A stretch of DNA of 64,000 bases from a virus. Below are positions 18,734-28,547 of the stretch, piece by piece. The notes beneath the pieces are model-generated. The model searched no databases. It was not told where the DNA came from and saw only the letters and a program-made list of their open reading frames with translations. The DNA lies in the IMG/VR virus record IMGVR_UViG_3300036790_000231, positions 1 through 64,000 of that record; one strand, 5' to 3'. The stretch's first letter is position 1. Each line of letters starts with the position of its first letter. Both the position numbers and the translations under genes were made by a program.

Positions 18734-18947
18734 TATATTACCGCCGACTTACAAGCTATTCTAAACTCTGCCGCACCAAAATTTTCTATTCCAGATATAT
18801 TACAGTCCCACTCATTTTCATATGCAAATTTTAATCTATCCAAGAACTCATAAATTTGCATATCGTCTAAATCTATTAATTTATTAAATATATAATCTAC
18901 TTTTTCCATTTAGCTCCCCATAGTGCGCTTCTACTCATTCCCATTAT
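18703..18947. repeat. direct repeat pair duplicating the nuclease gene start
   Basis: CTCCCCATAGTGC-N8-TCATTCCCATTAT at 18703-18736 and 18914-18947. Confidence 0.9.
18733..18909 (-). CDS. 58-aa hypothetical protein (below ORF-track cutoff)
   Basis: MEKVDYIFNKL...CKSAVI*; GGGGAG RBS; TAATG coupling to the nuclease. Confidence 0.6.
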   Translation of the reverse strand: MEKVDYIFNKLIDLDDMQIYEFLDRLKFAYENEWDCNISGIENFGAAEFRIACKSAVI

Positions 18948-19198
18948 TTTGCCTCTATAACTTTTGCCAACCTTAAAATTCCTTCACAAATATTTACTTT
19001 TATTGATCCATTTCCAGTTATTATTTGCTTAGGACATAAAATGTTGTCTTCACTATCTTTGAGAGGTTTCATCTTTAAATCTCTATTTGAAAACTCTTCT
19101 CCAAACGAACAAAGATAAACAGGATTAAGAGCCTCTAGCTCGCTCATAACCTCTCCACATTTATCACAAATAAAACAAATATATTTTTTCATGACCAT
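18944..19198 (-). CDS. Cys-rich hypothetical protein
   Basis: CDKC plus further Cys; coupled to neighbours. Confidence 0.6.
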   Translation of the reverse strand: MVMKKYICFICDKCGEVMSELEALNPVYLCSFGEEFSNRDLKMKPLKDSEDNILCPKQIITGNGSIKVNICEGILRLAKVIEAK

Positions 19199-19548
19199 CT
19201 CCCTTCCAAAAATACGTGTGTCTCAATTTCTCGTATTTCGACTTCTCTAATTGTATGTTGATTACCCTTTGAGTGGGGATTGCTCATTAAAGCATATACA
19301 ATATCTGGCTTACCCTTGTCTAACATTTCTATATTCCTTTTTGGTCCTGCTGCGTTCCCATATAATCCCCATTTAGCTGGAAAAGAATCAATTTTAATAC
19401 CTTTTTATTTAGCTAATTTTTCTGCAATTTCATCTGCTCCAGCAGCATTTCCAGCAATTAATATATCTGTATTCTTCATCTGATTTATAATATCTTGAAT
19501 TGGACCACTATTTACCAAATCTCGACTACCGCAAATAAGAACTTTCAT
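19189..19548 (-). pseudogene. SLOG-family (YspA/DUF2493-like) gene with one internal TAA
   Basis: MKVLICGSRD...GNAAGAD..AEKLAK*KGI...FPAKW..YG.AAGPKRN..ML...PD...SKG; stop at 19405-19407, frame otherwise intact. Confidence 0.85.
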
Positions 19549-19651
19549 ATCATTCTCGATTTATATTTGTTACATTTAGTACATCTTTTAAATTGCCTAT
19601 TATCATATTGAAGATCAGACCATCTGCTCCATTTATGAAAACAAAATCTCA

Positions 19652-20746
19652 TCAGTTTCCCGCTAACATCGCTGTTTTTATTATACCAGATAATTCCTCA
19701 TCGGCATCTATGAGCTGACGGAGTTGACGTTCTCCTTGTACTTTTCTACCTTCGGGAAGAGAATACCAACTACTTTTCTCGCCACTTTTTTGAGCGATTG
19801 CAGGCTGACCGACATGATGAGCAATATTTCCTTGTTTATCGAAATACATTGCTGCATCCATAAGCTCGAAAGTATGATCGAATTGGAATGTATGTAAATC
19901 CAGCCTCATATTCGCCTTTCTTAATGGTCTACAAATTCGGCTCTTATTAACTTCAACAACTATCTCTTGACCATCTGCCTCCTTCTGTCCACCAATTCCC
20001 ATAATTCCTTTCTCCTTCAATTTATCCTCAGTGGTGAGAAGGCCATCATCATCATAATAAAGCCATTTGGTCTTTTTGAAATGAATTGATAGAGAAGACT
20101 TATGCTCCGGATTACGACCACCAATAGCTTTAGTAGAATGAGTTTTCATATTTTCACTCTCATGATCAATCATTATAATTGCATTTTCATCCTTATCAAG
20201 AGCATCGTGAACATATCCCATACACTTCTTCCATACGCGAGCCTCTAAATTTACATCCCAATCACCAGGATCTTTAGCCAATCTATCTTGCGGCACTGCT
20301 TCAGATCGAGAATCCCAAATATGAACATGATTAGATTTTAAAAGAGTTTGAGTTTGAGCAGTTAAATCCTCAATAACATCAACCTCAACTACCAACATAG
20401 ATTCTATATCTACACCAAGAGATTTAGTAAAAACCGAATCATATTGCTTCTCTATATTGTAATAAACTGTTTTCAATCCATTGAGAAATTTGATATTTTT
20501 TAAATTTTGTGCAGATTTAATTACTTCCCATGCCATTAAACTCTTGGCGCTTGATGGCCCTCCCCAAAATCTAGAAAATCTTCCAAGAGGAATACCACCA
20601 GAAGTAATTCTCATCATTGCCGGACTAGCTAAAGGAATTCGATCAACAGGAGGTTGTTCACTGCCTAAATGAATTGTATCTTTTGAATATTTTTTTCTGA
20701 TCGCCGCAAGATCACGATCTAAATTCTCAGGTTCAACTGGCGACAT
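19652..20746 (-). CDS. recA: RecA/UvsX-like recombinase
   Basis: GGIPLGR, variant Walker A GGPSSAKS, NIEK, Walker B IWDS, GG loop, SWYS...KVQG. Confidence 0.85.
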   Translation of the reverse strand: MSPVEPENLDRDLAAIRKKYSKDTIHLGSEQPPVDRIPLASPAMMRITSGGIPLGRFSRFWGGPSSAKSLMAWEVIKSAQNLKNIKFLNGLKTVYYNIEKQYDSVFTKSLGVDIESMLVVEVDVIEDLTAQTQTLLKSNHVHIWDSRSEAVPQDRLAKDPGDWDVNLEARVWKKCMGYVHDALDKDENAIIMIDHESENMKTHSTKAIGGRNPEHKSSLSIHFKKTKWLYYDDDGLLTTEDKLKEKGIMGIGGQKEADGQEIVVEVNKSRICRPLRKANMRLDLHTFQFDHTFELMDAAMYFDKQGNIAHHVGQPAIAQKSGEKSSWYSLPEGRKVQGERQLRQLIDADEELSGIIKTAMLAGN

Positions 20747-20869
20747 ACATCCTCATCATCTGTTTCGGATAATACTTTCCAATCGGTTTACATTTAGGAC
20801 ACCAAAAATAATTCTCCATCCATCCCTTAGTCTTCATATTACATAAATGCCCGTTAGGACAAATACCTT

Positions 20870-21169
20870 TCATGAATGTGGCTCAATTTTTGTTCTTCCT
20901 CTATTGTAATGAGGAATTGGGTCTTTAATAAATCTTCCGTCATTTCCTATCGCTATAACCCTATATCGAGGCCAATCTAGATCCCCATATGATTCATCCA
21001 TCTCTTCTAATAACTCTACAAAATTCTTCTGCCACTCATCAGGCATAGACTGTAAAACGGATCTTGGAAGACATAGATAGTTTGCATAAGTTAAACTGAA
21101 CCATGTATGAATTGCCTCAAAATCATCAGCCATCAGACTGCTCCATTTCTTGTGCAAACTCCTCAACAT
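20870..21169 (-). CDS. phage hypothetical protein
   Basis: WFSLTYANYLCLPRSVLQSMPDEWQ motif; follows dnaE. Confidence 0.7.
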   Translation of the reverse strand: MLRSLHKKWSSLMADDFEAIHTWFSLTYANYLCLPRSVLQSMPDEWQKNFVELLEEMDESYGDLDWPRYRVIAIGNDGRFIKDPIPHYNRGRTKIEPHS

Positions 21170-24100
21170 TCATCATCATATTGACAATAATTCCTCTCGA
21201 ATCTTTTCTGCCCCTAACCATTACTGCACTTCCGTTATAAAGCATTTCTTTATATTGTTGATATTGACCAGGAAAGATAGTAAGATTGAAGTTATCAAAT
21301 CCAAGACCAATCTTCGCAAATGCCATCTCTTGTCCTGGATTCCTACCATTTTTAGTCTTAATTTTCTTTACTTCGGTTATTTGACCGCCGATAATAGCAT
21401 CCTCGCCGACCTCCAGTTCATCGTATTCAGCCTCAGAATGCGTTTTTTCAATCACCAATTCCTCATAATCACCGAGGGTCCCACCTGGGCTCAGGGCCAT
21501 ACCAAGTAATTGCATCTCAGCTTCTGCTTTTTCTTTATTGCTCCATCCCGCGCGGCCTCCCAACGAATCCAAAGCTCCTACTTTCAACAATGCTTCTCTG
21601 ACTTTTTTGTTGCATTTAGAATATTTCGCATTGGTACGTTTCTCAAAATCTTCATACGAAACAAATGGACGATGTTCTATTATCCAATCAGCCGCTGTCT
21701 CGCCAACTCCCTTTATACCAATAAGTCCATAACGTAGAGCATTATTATCAAAATCAGGTGTGTAATCTGATCCAGATATATTTACATCAGGAGGTAAAAT
21801 ACTAATACCAAAATCTCTAGCCTCACGGATTGCGCGCAAAGATTCCTTTGGTTCTAATGACATAATTACAGAATATGTATCCATTGGATAATAAAACTTT
21901 AACCATGCATCCTGATAACTTTGAAGGCTATACCCACTTGCATGACCGCGATTGAATGAATTGTGAGAAACAATTTCATTGGCTATGAAATTATGCTCAT
22001 AACTATCCATTTCTATATCAAATGTTGGCTCTATATCATATTTTTCTATAGAAATTATTTTATCTAATTCAGTTGGTCTGCCCTTTGTCCAACGTCTTTT
22101 TCTATCACCTTTTCGATAATCATATTTCTTATGACAAGAGTTACAAAAATGTTTTATATTTTCAGGAGAATTGTATCGTTTGATATCTCCATTGAATTCA
22201 TCCAAAAATTTTAAATGAGCAAACTCTAAGTCGTGCTTTTCTTCTTCTCCAATTTGCCCACAATTCTCACAAATTCCCCTAGATCTGTCGGATACTATTT
22301 TTTTAGTTTCATTTAAATATGAGTGTCTACCATCTATCCAACCAGGATTATCTTCTCCATTGGGAGTGCCTTCCCCTTCGTAAGATTTTCCTATTCCACG
22401 GTTCACCAATCCTCTAGCTACATATTTCTGTAATTCTTTTTCCCCCATTGTTATCAAATAATCATCAACAGTTAATTCTTTTATTTCCTTATATCCATCA
22501 TTAGTTAATAATCTATGATTATCTGTAGCTTTTATAAATTTGCCGCTTTGAAGAATTACTTTATATGTTTCTCTAAATCCACTAAACCATATATTTTTTG
22601 CTATTGCCGGCCTTATTCTGCCATCAGAATCCATTGCTAATAATTTAGCTCCCTTCCATCTAAGCTTTTTACCAATAGACTCTTTAGAATGCCAGTTATA
22701 ATATAATTGTTCAGCAGTAATATTAGGACTTTTATCATATCTACCCGATCCAGCTCTAATTAATTCCGTATCTCCTGAGATACAATAATCACAATATGGT
22801 TCAATTTCACTAAATAAAACTTCAGCTTTTTCTAGTCCAACATGCTCAGAAGCCTTTTCTACAAACTCTTTTTTATGTTTATCAAGAGCTTCCTTAGCTT
22901 TTCCTCCACGTTCACGATAAAGCTTAGCAATAATCTTTCTAATACCATCTGCTTGTCCTGGAGTATATTCTGCCAAAGTCTCAAATAGTTCCATAACCTG
23001 CTCTTGAAATGCAATTACTCCATATGTGTCATCAAGAATATCTATCAATGTATCTGGTATTTCATATTCCTCTTCTTCATTCTTCCTATCAGCAAAGTGA
23101 AAAGGCCCTTGCGCTCCCATTGGACCAGGACGATAAAGTGCATTGATCGCTGCTAAATGAACTATATTGTCTGGCTTAGCTCTTTTTATAAAATTAGTAA
23201 TACCATTGTTAGAAAATTGGTTAACTCCTAATGTCAATCCATTACTAAGAGATTTCATAACTTTGGACTCCGCCGCATAAGGATCTTTCAAAACAGGCAA
23301 ATTATCTATATCTACAACCTCTCCAGTACGCTCAAAAACTAAATCAATAATCATTTGCTGTTGATCCATACCAGTCAATCCAAGAGCATCAACCTTCACA
23401 AATCCAAAGTCATCAACAATAGAAAGACGCGGTGTCTCTGACCAAGCAGTTCTAAATCCTTCTTCATTCTCTCCCGCACGAATAGTTGGTATATGATCTG
23501 TAACGGCAGTAGGTGTGATAACCACAGCCGCCGCGTGCTTGCTTATGGTTTTAATAAATGGATCTCCACCATTCTCTAATCTAACTGCATGCATCCAAGC
23601 TACAGGATATTTTTGACTCCATTGCATCAATTGAGGTATCCTATTTTTCATCTCTTCTAAATCAGAATCATGAGTAGGATCTATCAGTCCTGAATCTTTA
23701 TGGCAAATCTTAGAAATCTCCTCATCAGGATCTGATTTGAATCCATACAAAGTCTTAGTAATAGATTTCAAAGCAGCAACAGGAGTAAATCTCTGCTGAG
23801 CCATGATGTCTGCAACCTTCTCACGTCCATACTTTCTTACCAAATATTCCTTAGCAATCTTACGTCCATTGCCTGCTTTCTCCAAAGTAGGAAAATCGAT
23901 ATCAATATCGGGTAATCCCTTACGTTCTGGGTTCAAGAACCGCTCGAACTTGAGCTTATAAGGAATTGGATCAAGAGTGGTAATTCGGGAGAGATAACAT
24001 ACAAGAGAACCTGCTGCTGAACCTCTTCCATTACTCAACCTCATCGGCCGCTTTTTGGCCGGAGTTGGGTCATCAGGAGTTGGTGGTAATGGTGCATCAC

Positions 24101-25190
24101 TACGGCACCATCTAATCCAATCTCCCACAATACACATATAATTAAAGTTTTCTCTCTTCTTAATAACTTCTAACTCGTACTCTAATTGTTTCTCATAAAT
24201 AGGATCTCCAACTTTTTCGATCCTTTCCATTCCTTCTCTGCACCATTTTCTAACTTCACTTTCAGCATCAACCTTAACTACCGGCATCTTGATTGATCTA
24301 TCAACTAAAAACGGTTCAATTCTCGACGCAATATAGTCAGTATTCTTGATAGATTCTTCGACAGCCTGAAGAGGGATATCTGGGTGATTAGATACAAACG
24401 AATCCCGTACTTCTTTTTCATCCATAATATGAAGGCCGGGATGCCATAACTCATATATCTCTTCACCTTTTGCTATTCTTTCTTTATTCTTTTGTTCAGC
24501 CTCCGCGACTGTCTGATTCATCCCTATAAGAATTGATAGTTTCTGAGTTTCCTCCCATCCCTCAAATGGATAATGAGAATCACCCTCATAAACTATCGGT
24601 ATTCCAAATTGATTAGCATATGAAATTACTTCTAAATTGACCTTACGTTGAAGATCAAAATCATGAGGCATAATACTAAAATACAAATCGTCGGAATAGA
24701 TATCAAGAGCAGTCCTAATCCATTGCTTAATTTCTGTGTCAGAACCATTCTGGACAAGAAAAGATAAAGGACCGAGAATACAAGAACTAGAACAAATAAT
24801 TCCATCTTTATACTCCCTCATCAAGTCAAAATCCACACACGGATTCTGGTAGAAACCACTAGAAAATGCATGACTTGAAAGCTTAATTAAATTGTGCCAT
24901 CCCTTGAGATTTTTGGCGAGAAATATAATATGCCATCTCTTAAAACGCCACTCTTTCTCTCTAACTAATCTGTTAGGCCTCCAATAAGACTCGATGCCGC
25001 AAATAGGATGAATTTCTATTTCATCGCAAGCCTTTATATGCTTGAGCGATCCATTTAAGTTGCCGTGGTTTGTCTGGCTTATTGCAAATTGATTTAATTC
25101 AGCGGCTCTTTTAGCAGCTTGAAGTGGAGTTCCTAATCCATCAAGAACTGAATCGCTGTCATGTCTGTGTAAGTGGATAACGATAATCAC
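21126..25190 (-). CDS. dnaE: DNA polymerase III alpha subunit, intein-containing
   Basis: PHP HLHRH..S.LDG, GRGSAAGSLV, FERFLNPER, PDIDID, Y|SFNRGHA, C-terminal OB fold. Confidence 0.96.
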   Translation of the reverse strand: MIIVIHLHRHDSDSVLDGLGTPLQAAKRAAELNQFAISQTNHGNLNGSLKHIKACDEIEIHPICGIESYWRPNRLVREKEWRFKRWHIIFLAKNLKGWHNLIKLSSHAFSSGFYQNPCVDFDLMREYKDGIICSSSCILGPLSFLVQNGSDTEIKQWIRTALDIYSDDLYFSIMPHDFDLQRKVNLEVISYANQFGIPIVYEGDSHYPFEGWEETQKLSILIGMNQTVAEAEQKNKERIAKGEEIYELWHPGLHIMDEKEVRDSFVSNHPDIPLQAVEESIKNTDYIASRIEPFLVDRSIKMPVVKVDAESEVRKWCREGMERIEKVGDPIYEKQLEYELEVIKKRENFNYMCIVGDWIRWCRSDAPLPPTPDDPTPAKKRPMRLSNGRGSAAGSLVCYLSRITTLDPIPYKLKFERFLNPERKGLPDIDIDFPTLEKAGNGRKIAKEYLVRKYGREKVADIMAQQRFTPVAALKSITKTLYGFKSDPDEEISKICHKDSGLIDPTHDSDLEEMKNRIPQLMQWSQKYPVAWMHAVRLENGGDPFIKTISKHAAAVVITPTAVTDHIPTIRAGENEEGFRTAWSETPRLSIVDDFGFVKVDALGLTGMDQQQMIIDLVFERTGEVVDIDNLPVLKDPYAAESKVMKSLSNGLTLGVNQFSNNGITNFIKRAKPDNIVHLAAINALYRPGPMGAQGPFHFADRKNEEEEYEIPDTLIDILDDTYGVIAFQEQVMELFETLAEYTPGQADGIRKIIAKLYRERGGKAKEALDKHKKEFVEKASEHVGLEKAEVLFSEIEPYCDYCISGDTELIRAGSGRYDKSPNITAEQLYYNWHSKESIGKKLRWKGAKLLAMDSDGRIRPAIAKNIWFSGFRETYKVILQSGKFIKATDNHRLLTNDGYKEIKELTVDDYLITMGEKELQKYVARGLVNRGIGKSYEGEGTPNGEDNPGWIDGRHSYLNETKKIVSDRSRGICENCGQIGEEEKHDLEFAHLKFLDEFNGDIKRYNSPENIKHFCNSCHKKYDYRKGDRKRRWTKGRPTELDKIISIEKYDIEPTFDIEMDSYEHNFIANEIVSHNSFNRGHASGYSLQSYQDAWLKFYYPMDTYSVIMSLEPKESLRAIREARDFGISILPPDVNISGSDYTPDFDNNALRYGLIGIKGVGETAADWIIEHRPFVSYEDFEKRTNAKYSKCNKKVREALLKVGALDSLGGRAGWSNKEKAEAEMQLLGMALSPGGTLGDYEELVIEKTHSEAEYDELEVGEDAIIGGQITEVKKIKTKNGRNPGQEMAFAKIGLGFDNFNLTIFPGQYQQYKEMLYNGSAVMVRGRKDSRGIIVNMMMNVEEFAQEMEQSDG
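21960..22784 (-). mobile_element. intein with HNH endonuclease (275 aa) in dnaE
   Basis: CISGDT start, ATDNHRL, CENCG...H...N...CNSCH, TFDIEM...IVSHN followed by Ser. Confidence 0.93.
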
Positions 25191-25771
25191 CTAACCCACA
25201 TTTTATTATTTACTATCTCACATATAGTATTTACAGTTACATTAAAATCAAAAGCTACTTCTTTACGAGTATATCCTTCATTACATAATTCTCTAATCCT
25301 ATCAGCTTTGTCAAAATCTAATTTAGATCTGAAACTTTTACCTATACGTTTAATCCATCCACGCTCGTGTCTCTCACAAGTGCATCCTGATTTACAAGGC
25401 TTGCTCCCAATAGAATTAGTATTACCAATCAAAGCCTTAGATCTTTTTTCAATTAAGTCTTTAGACTGTGATTTGCCAGTCAAATGTATATCAATATGCT
25501 CTTTTCTAGTTTTAATTCCTAAATGTTCGTAATTTACACACATCGTATTTTCACATTTATGATGAACATCATACCCTTTTGGTATTTCTCCAATTAATTC
25601 TTTATAAAAATATCTATGAGCATAACAACCACCACGCAAAAGAGGATACTTTCCATTATTACCAAGTTTCCATACCCAACACTCAGTCTCATATCCACAA
25701 TCTCTTGGTTCATAACGAACTTTTCCGTAAGGACTTATTAAAAGTGGATATTCCATAATCACCCTATCCAA
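25187..25771 (-). mobile_element. free-standing HNH homing endonuclease (true start likely 25762 or 25756)
   Basis: ECWVW, AHR, VHHKCEN..CVN..HL, C-terminal HTH. Confidence 0.88.
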
Positions 25772-26007
25772 TTAACATTTTTGACTCTAGATACTTCCAT
25801 AGCAATCCATCCGGCAGCATTATTAGCCTTATTAACAGATCTATTCATGTCTTCTGTAGCCATACGAATACTGCTTATAACTGCTTGAAGTTCTGCGCGT
25901 TCTGTATTCAATTCGCGCACAATATTTTCAAGTCTATCCCAATCAAAATCTTCCATTTTAAACCTTCCTATACGGAGACTGCCAAGATCCATCTTCTTGT
26001 TTCTCAT
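25759..26007 (-). CDS. coiled-coil hypothetical protein
   Basis: Heptad-like ORF between thyX and the HNH gene. Confidence 0.6.
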   Translation of the reverse strand: MRNKKMDLGSLRIGRFKMEDFDWDRLENIVRELNTERAELQAVISSIRMATEDMNRSVNKANNAAGWIAMEVSRVKNVNWIG

Positions 26008-26737
26008 AATCTTTAAATAGAAGAGGGCAGTTTTTCTTCATCAAAAGACAAAGCTGATCCGCAAAGATACGTATCTCCTCCTCAGCGCCTGGGGCTGAAC
26101 GCATCTCTATTACATGTCTAATAGCCCTAATATTTGCACTCCACCCTAACTCGGTAGAAAGACCCATCGGCGCGATCCGCCGAATTGCAGAGGTCTTCTC
26201 TTTCTTTTCCGCAAAACTCATATCATCTGTGATCTCGCGATCAATAATTCGACTGATAACTCTTTCAGTCTCAGTTACCGCATCTTTCATTTCCATTTGC
26301 GCAGCTTTACTTAGCGTCGGCGGTGATCGAAAAGAAAGGTCATCAAGTCTCACATAGCGAAGAGACTGCTCAGAGATTGCAGTACCAGCTCTATGCCTAT
26401 TTAACTCAGCAGTAAGTACGCGAGAACAATTATGAATTACAAAAGAAAACATTGCGTGCTCTAGCACGCTTCCGTGGCCACTACGAAGAATATTTAAGAG
26501 ATAATCCCCTTGATCTTCACGTATTTTAGTTACATTCTTATTAAGACCTGGTTCCCAACTTCTATAGCAAAGTCTTCCAAAGAACTCTACAAGAGATTGA
26601 GACTCATATAATACATTTCCTATAGTTTTCTCATACCATCTAAGGCCACCAATTTCTTCTAGATAATCTTTTATAGCTGATGACCTCAAACGCGGTTCAG
26701 CAATAAGATAAACTTTTAAATTATCTACTTTTTGCAT
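25958..26737 (-). CDS. thyX: FAD-dependent thymidylate synthase
   Basis: GRLCYRS, GHGSVLEH, ELNRHR, SEQSLRYV, AEEEIR. Confidence 0.95.
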   Translation of the reverse strand: MQKVDNLKVYLIAEPRLRSSAIKDYLEEIGGLRWYEKTIGNVLYESQSLVEFFGRLCYRSWEPGLNKNVTKIREDQGDYLLNILRSGHGSVLEHAMFSFVIHNCSRVLTAELNRHRAGTAISEQSLRYVRLDDLSFRSPPTLSKAAQMEMKDAVTETERVISRIIDREITDDMSFAEKKEKTSAIRRIAPMGLSTELGWSANIRAIRHVIEMRSAPGAEEEIRIFADQLCLLMKKNCPLLFKDYEKQEDGSWQSPYRKV

Positions 26738-27335
26738 ATATATCCTCTAATTCACCGAATACAATTTGTTTTAAATCTTCTATAGAAGTTAAATTGTTAA
26801 TTGTTTGGCTAATATATTGTCTATCAAGAGGCTTCTCAGATATATGATTATCAAATGTAGATTGTAGCCCTCTATTTATATTCCATATTTCTCCACCTAA
26901 ATGTTTAATTCTTGCTGCCTCATTCGGAAATCTAACATCTGTTATTACACCTATATTTGATCTCCAGTGGTATTGCCACTCTTCTTTATCTAGTAGTTGA
27001 TCTATCCAGAACTTTTCTCCAAATATATTTCTTCCCATCTCAGTACCGACATGCTGAAAAAGCTCTCTTCCAGATATGTCCTTATATGTTCTATCATCAG
27101 CATCTCTGATCATTACACAAGCATGTTTGCTGTTCTTGAATTCATTAGCCCACTCAATTGACTCATCTAGAGATATACCAGGCCAAAAAATAGACGCAGC
27201 AGCCCACTTTACCTTGTCAGCAAACCCTTTTTGTTCAACAGATAGTTCATTTTCCTTTCCCCATTCTTCAATAAAATTACCAACAGTATTCTTACCTGAA
27301 TTCTTCAGACCGGCCAATCCGATTAACTTAGTCAA
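26721..27335 (-). CDS. deoxynucleoside monophosphate kinase
   Basis: IGLAGLKNSGKNT, FADKVK, RELFQHVGTE, ITDVRFPNE, HISE. Confidence 0.92.
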   Translation of the reverse strand: MTKLIGLAGLKNSGKNTVGNFIEEWGKENELSVEQKGFADKVKWAAASIFWPGISLDESIEWANEFKNSKHACVMIRDADDRTYKDISGRELFQHVGTEMGRNIFGEKFWIDQLLDKEEWQYHWRSNIGVITDVRFPNEAARIKHLGGEIWNINRGLQSTFDNHISEKPLDRQYISQTINNLTSIEDLKQIVFGELEDIYAKSR

Positions 27336-27534
27336 TTTTCATAACCTCCATATCGTTAACTTGCAAACCACTATGCCTGACCAATCTATCTGCTGTCATT
27401 TTAACCACCTCATTCAACTCATCATCTGTTAAATTATAATGATCTTCAAAACCGGCATTAATAAAATCTTCCTCTTCTATATCACTATCTAAAACAGTTA
27501 TTTCGCCTTCCAGGTGTACATGAAAACGTTTCAT
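27328..27534 (-). CDS. small acidic hypothetical protein
   Basis: 68 aa, coupled at both ends. Confidence 0.6.
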   Translation of the reverse strand: MKRFHVHLEGEITVLDSDIEEEDFINAGFEDHYNLTDDELNEVVKMTADRLVRHSGLQVNDMEVMKID

Positions 27535-28361
27535 CTATTAAAAGCAGACGATCTCATTAGCGGCGCACTGCCACCGAAGACATCATTTTGTGCTGGAGTT
27601 ATCTCGGAAGAAGAATTCTCTGCCACTGTTCCCTGTCCATTTACTATCGCGCGCATTTCCTCAAAGGTGGGCGATTTAGTAAGTGAATCTAAATCAAACT
27701 TCTCCTGCATAATAGACATATCCGCGACAAGCATTGGCTGAGGTCCGCCATCCACTTCAGCAGGAACAATTGTATATTTAGTATCACTCAGTCCAGAACC
27801 TTCTCTAGAAATTACGAAATCTCTCGACATTAAGCCTTTGTAATTTCTATCAGTCTGAACTGCTAAGTTGAAATTTGTAGCAGAGCACTTCCAAAGAAAT
27901 ACACTGTCTCCAAACCCAGTAATAATTGGTTTCTTGTTAGCATCACGTTCAGTATAACCTTTATCACTTTTCTTATATATAGGTCCAAGAACAAATGCTT
28001 TTTCTCCCATAGGGGTAATTTTTTCATTTAATTCCTGAAGATCTTCATTACCTCTCCAAATCAAATTAAGAAAGCCCTTCTTACTTCTCTTACTAATTTC
28101 TTCCTCCATCGAAGAACAAGCAGGACAAGGAATGCCTTCATCTTCCTGGTCCAAACAAGGAACATCAGAAAAATATTTCCCTCTTCTCAATCTATGAACT
28201 ACGGCCCAAGTAAGTTCTTCTCCATGTTCCAGAAATCTTACTCTAGCTCTCTGTCCATCTTCTATTGCGAAATACTGTAAAGCCTGACCAGTTCCCGCCG
28301 CTGCACTTCTAGCCTTTGATCTTTCATTTGATTTTATAAAACTGCTAGCTCCACGAGGCAT
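27531..28361 (-). CDS. single-stranded DNA-binding protein (gp32-like)
   Basis: VRFL, H, C..CPAC Zn site, RDFVISREG.G..TKY. Confidence 0.8.
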   Translation of the reverse strand: MPRGASSFIKSNERSKARSAAAGTGQALQYFAIEDGQRARVRFLEHGEELTWAVVHRLRRGKYFSDVPCLDQEDEGIPCPACSSMEEEISKRSKKGFLNLIWRGNEDLQELNEKITPMGEKAFVLGPIYKKSDKGYTERDANKKPIITGFGDSVFLWKCSATNFNLAVQTDRNYKGLMSRDFVISREGSGLSDTKYTIVPAEVDGGPQPMLVADMSIMQEKFDLDSLTKSPTFEEMRAIVNGQGTVAENSSSEITPAQNDVFGGSAPLMRSSAFNR

Positions 28362-28547
28362 ATTCTTGCCCTTTCCGTTTATTCGCGTTTAATTTTCTTT
28401 TACCAATCAATCAAATTTACCCTTTTTTAAGTAGCATCAAAACCGCAATTTTTACATCTAAAAAGTGTTCCTTCTATATTCCATTCACAGTTTTTCCATA
28501 CGCATGCGCTTCTACAATATATTTATTTTTAGTCCAATTCTTATTAA

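Noticed and set aside
19980-20000. GGQ tripeptides in RecA, DnaE and the capsid protein as PrmC substrates
   Set aside because: A tripeptide is expected by chance, and PrmC recognition needs the release-factor fold.
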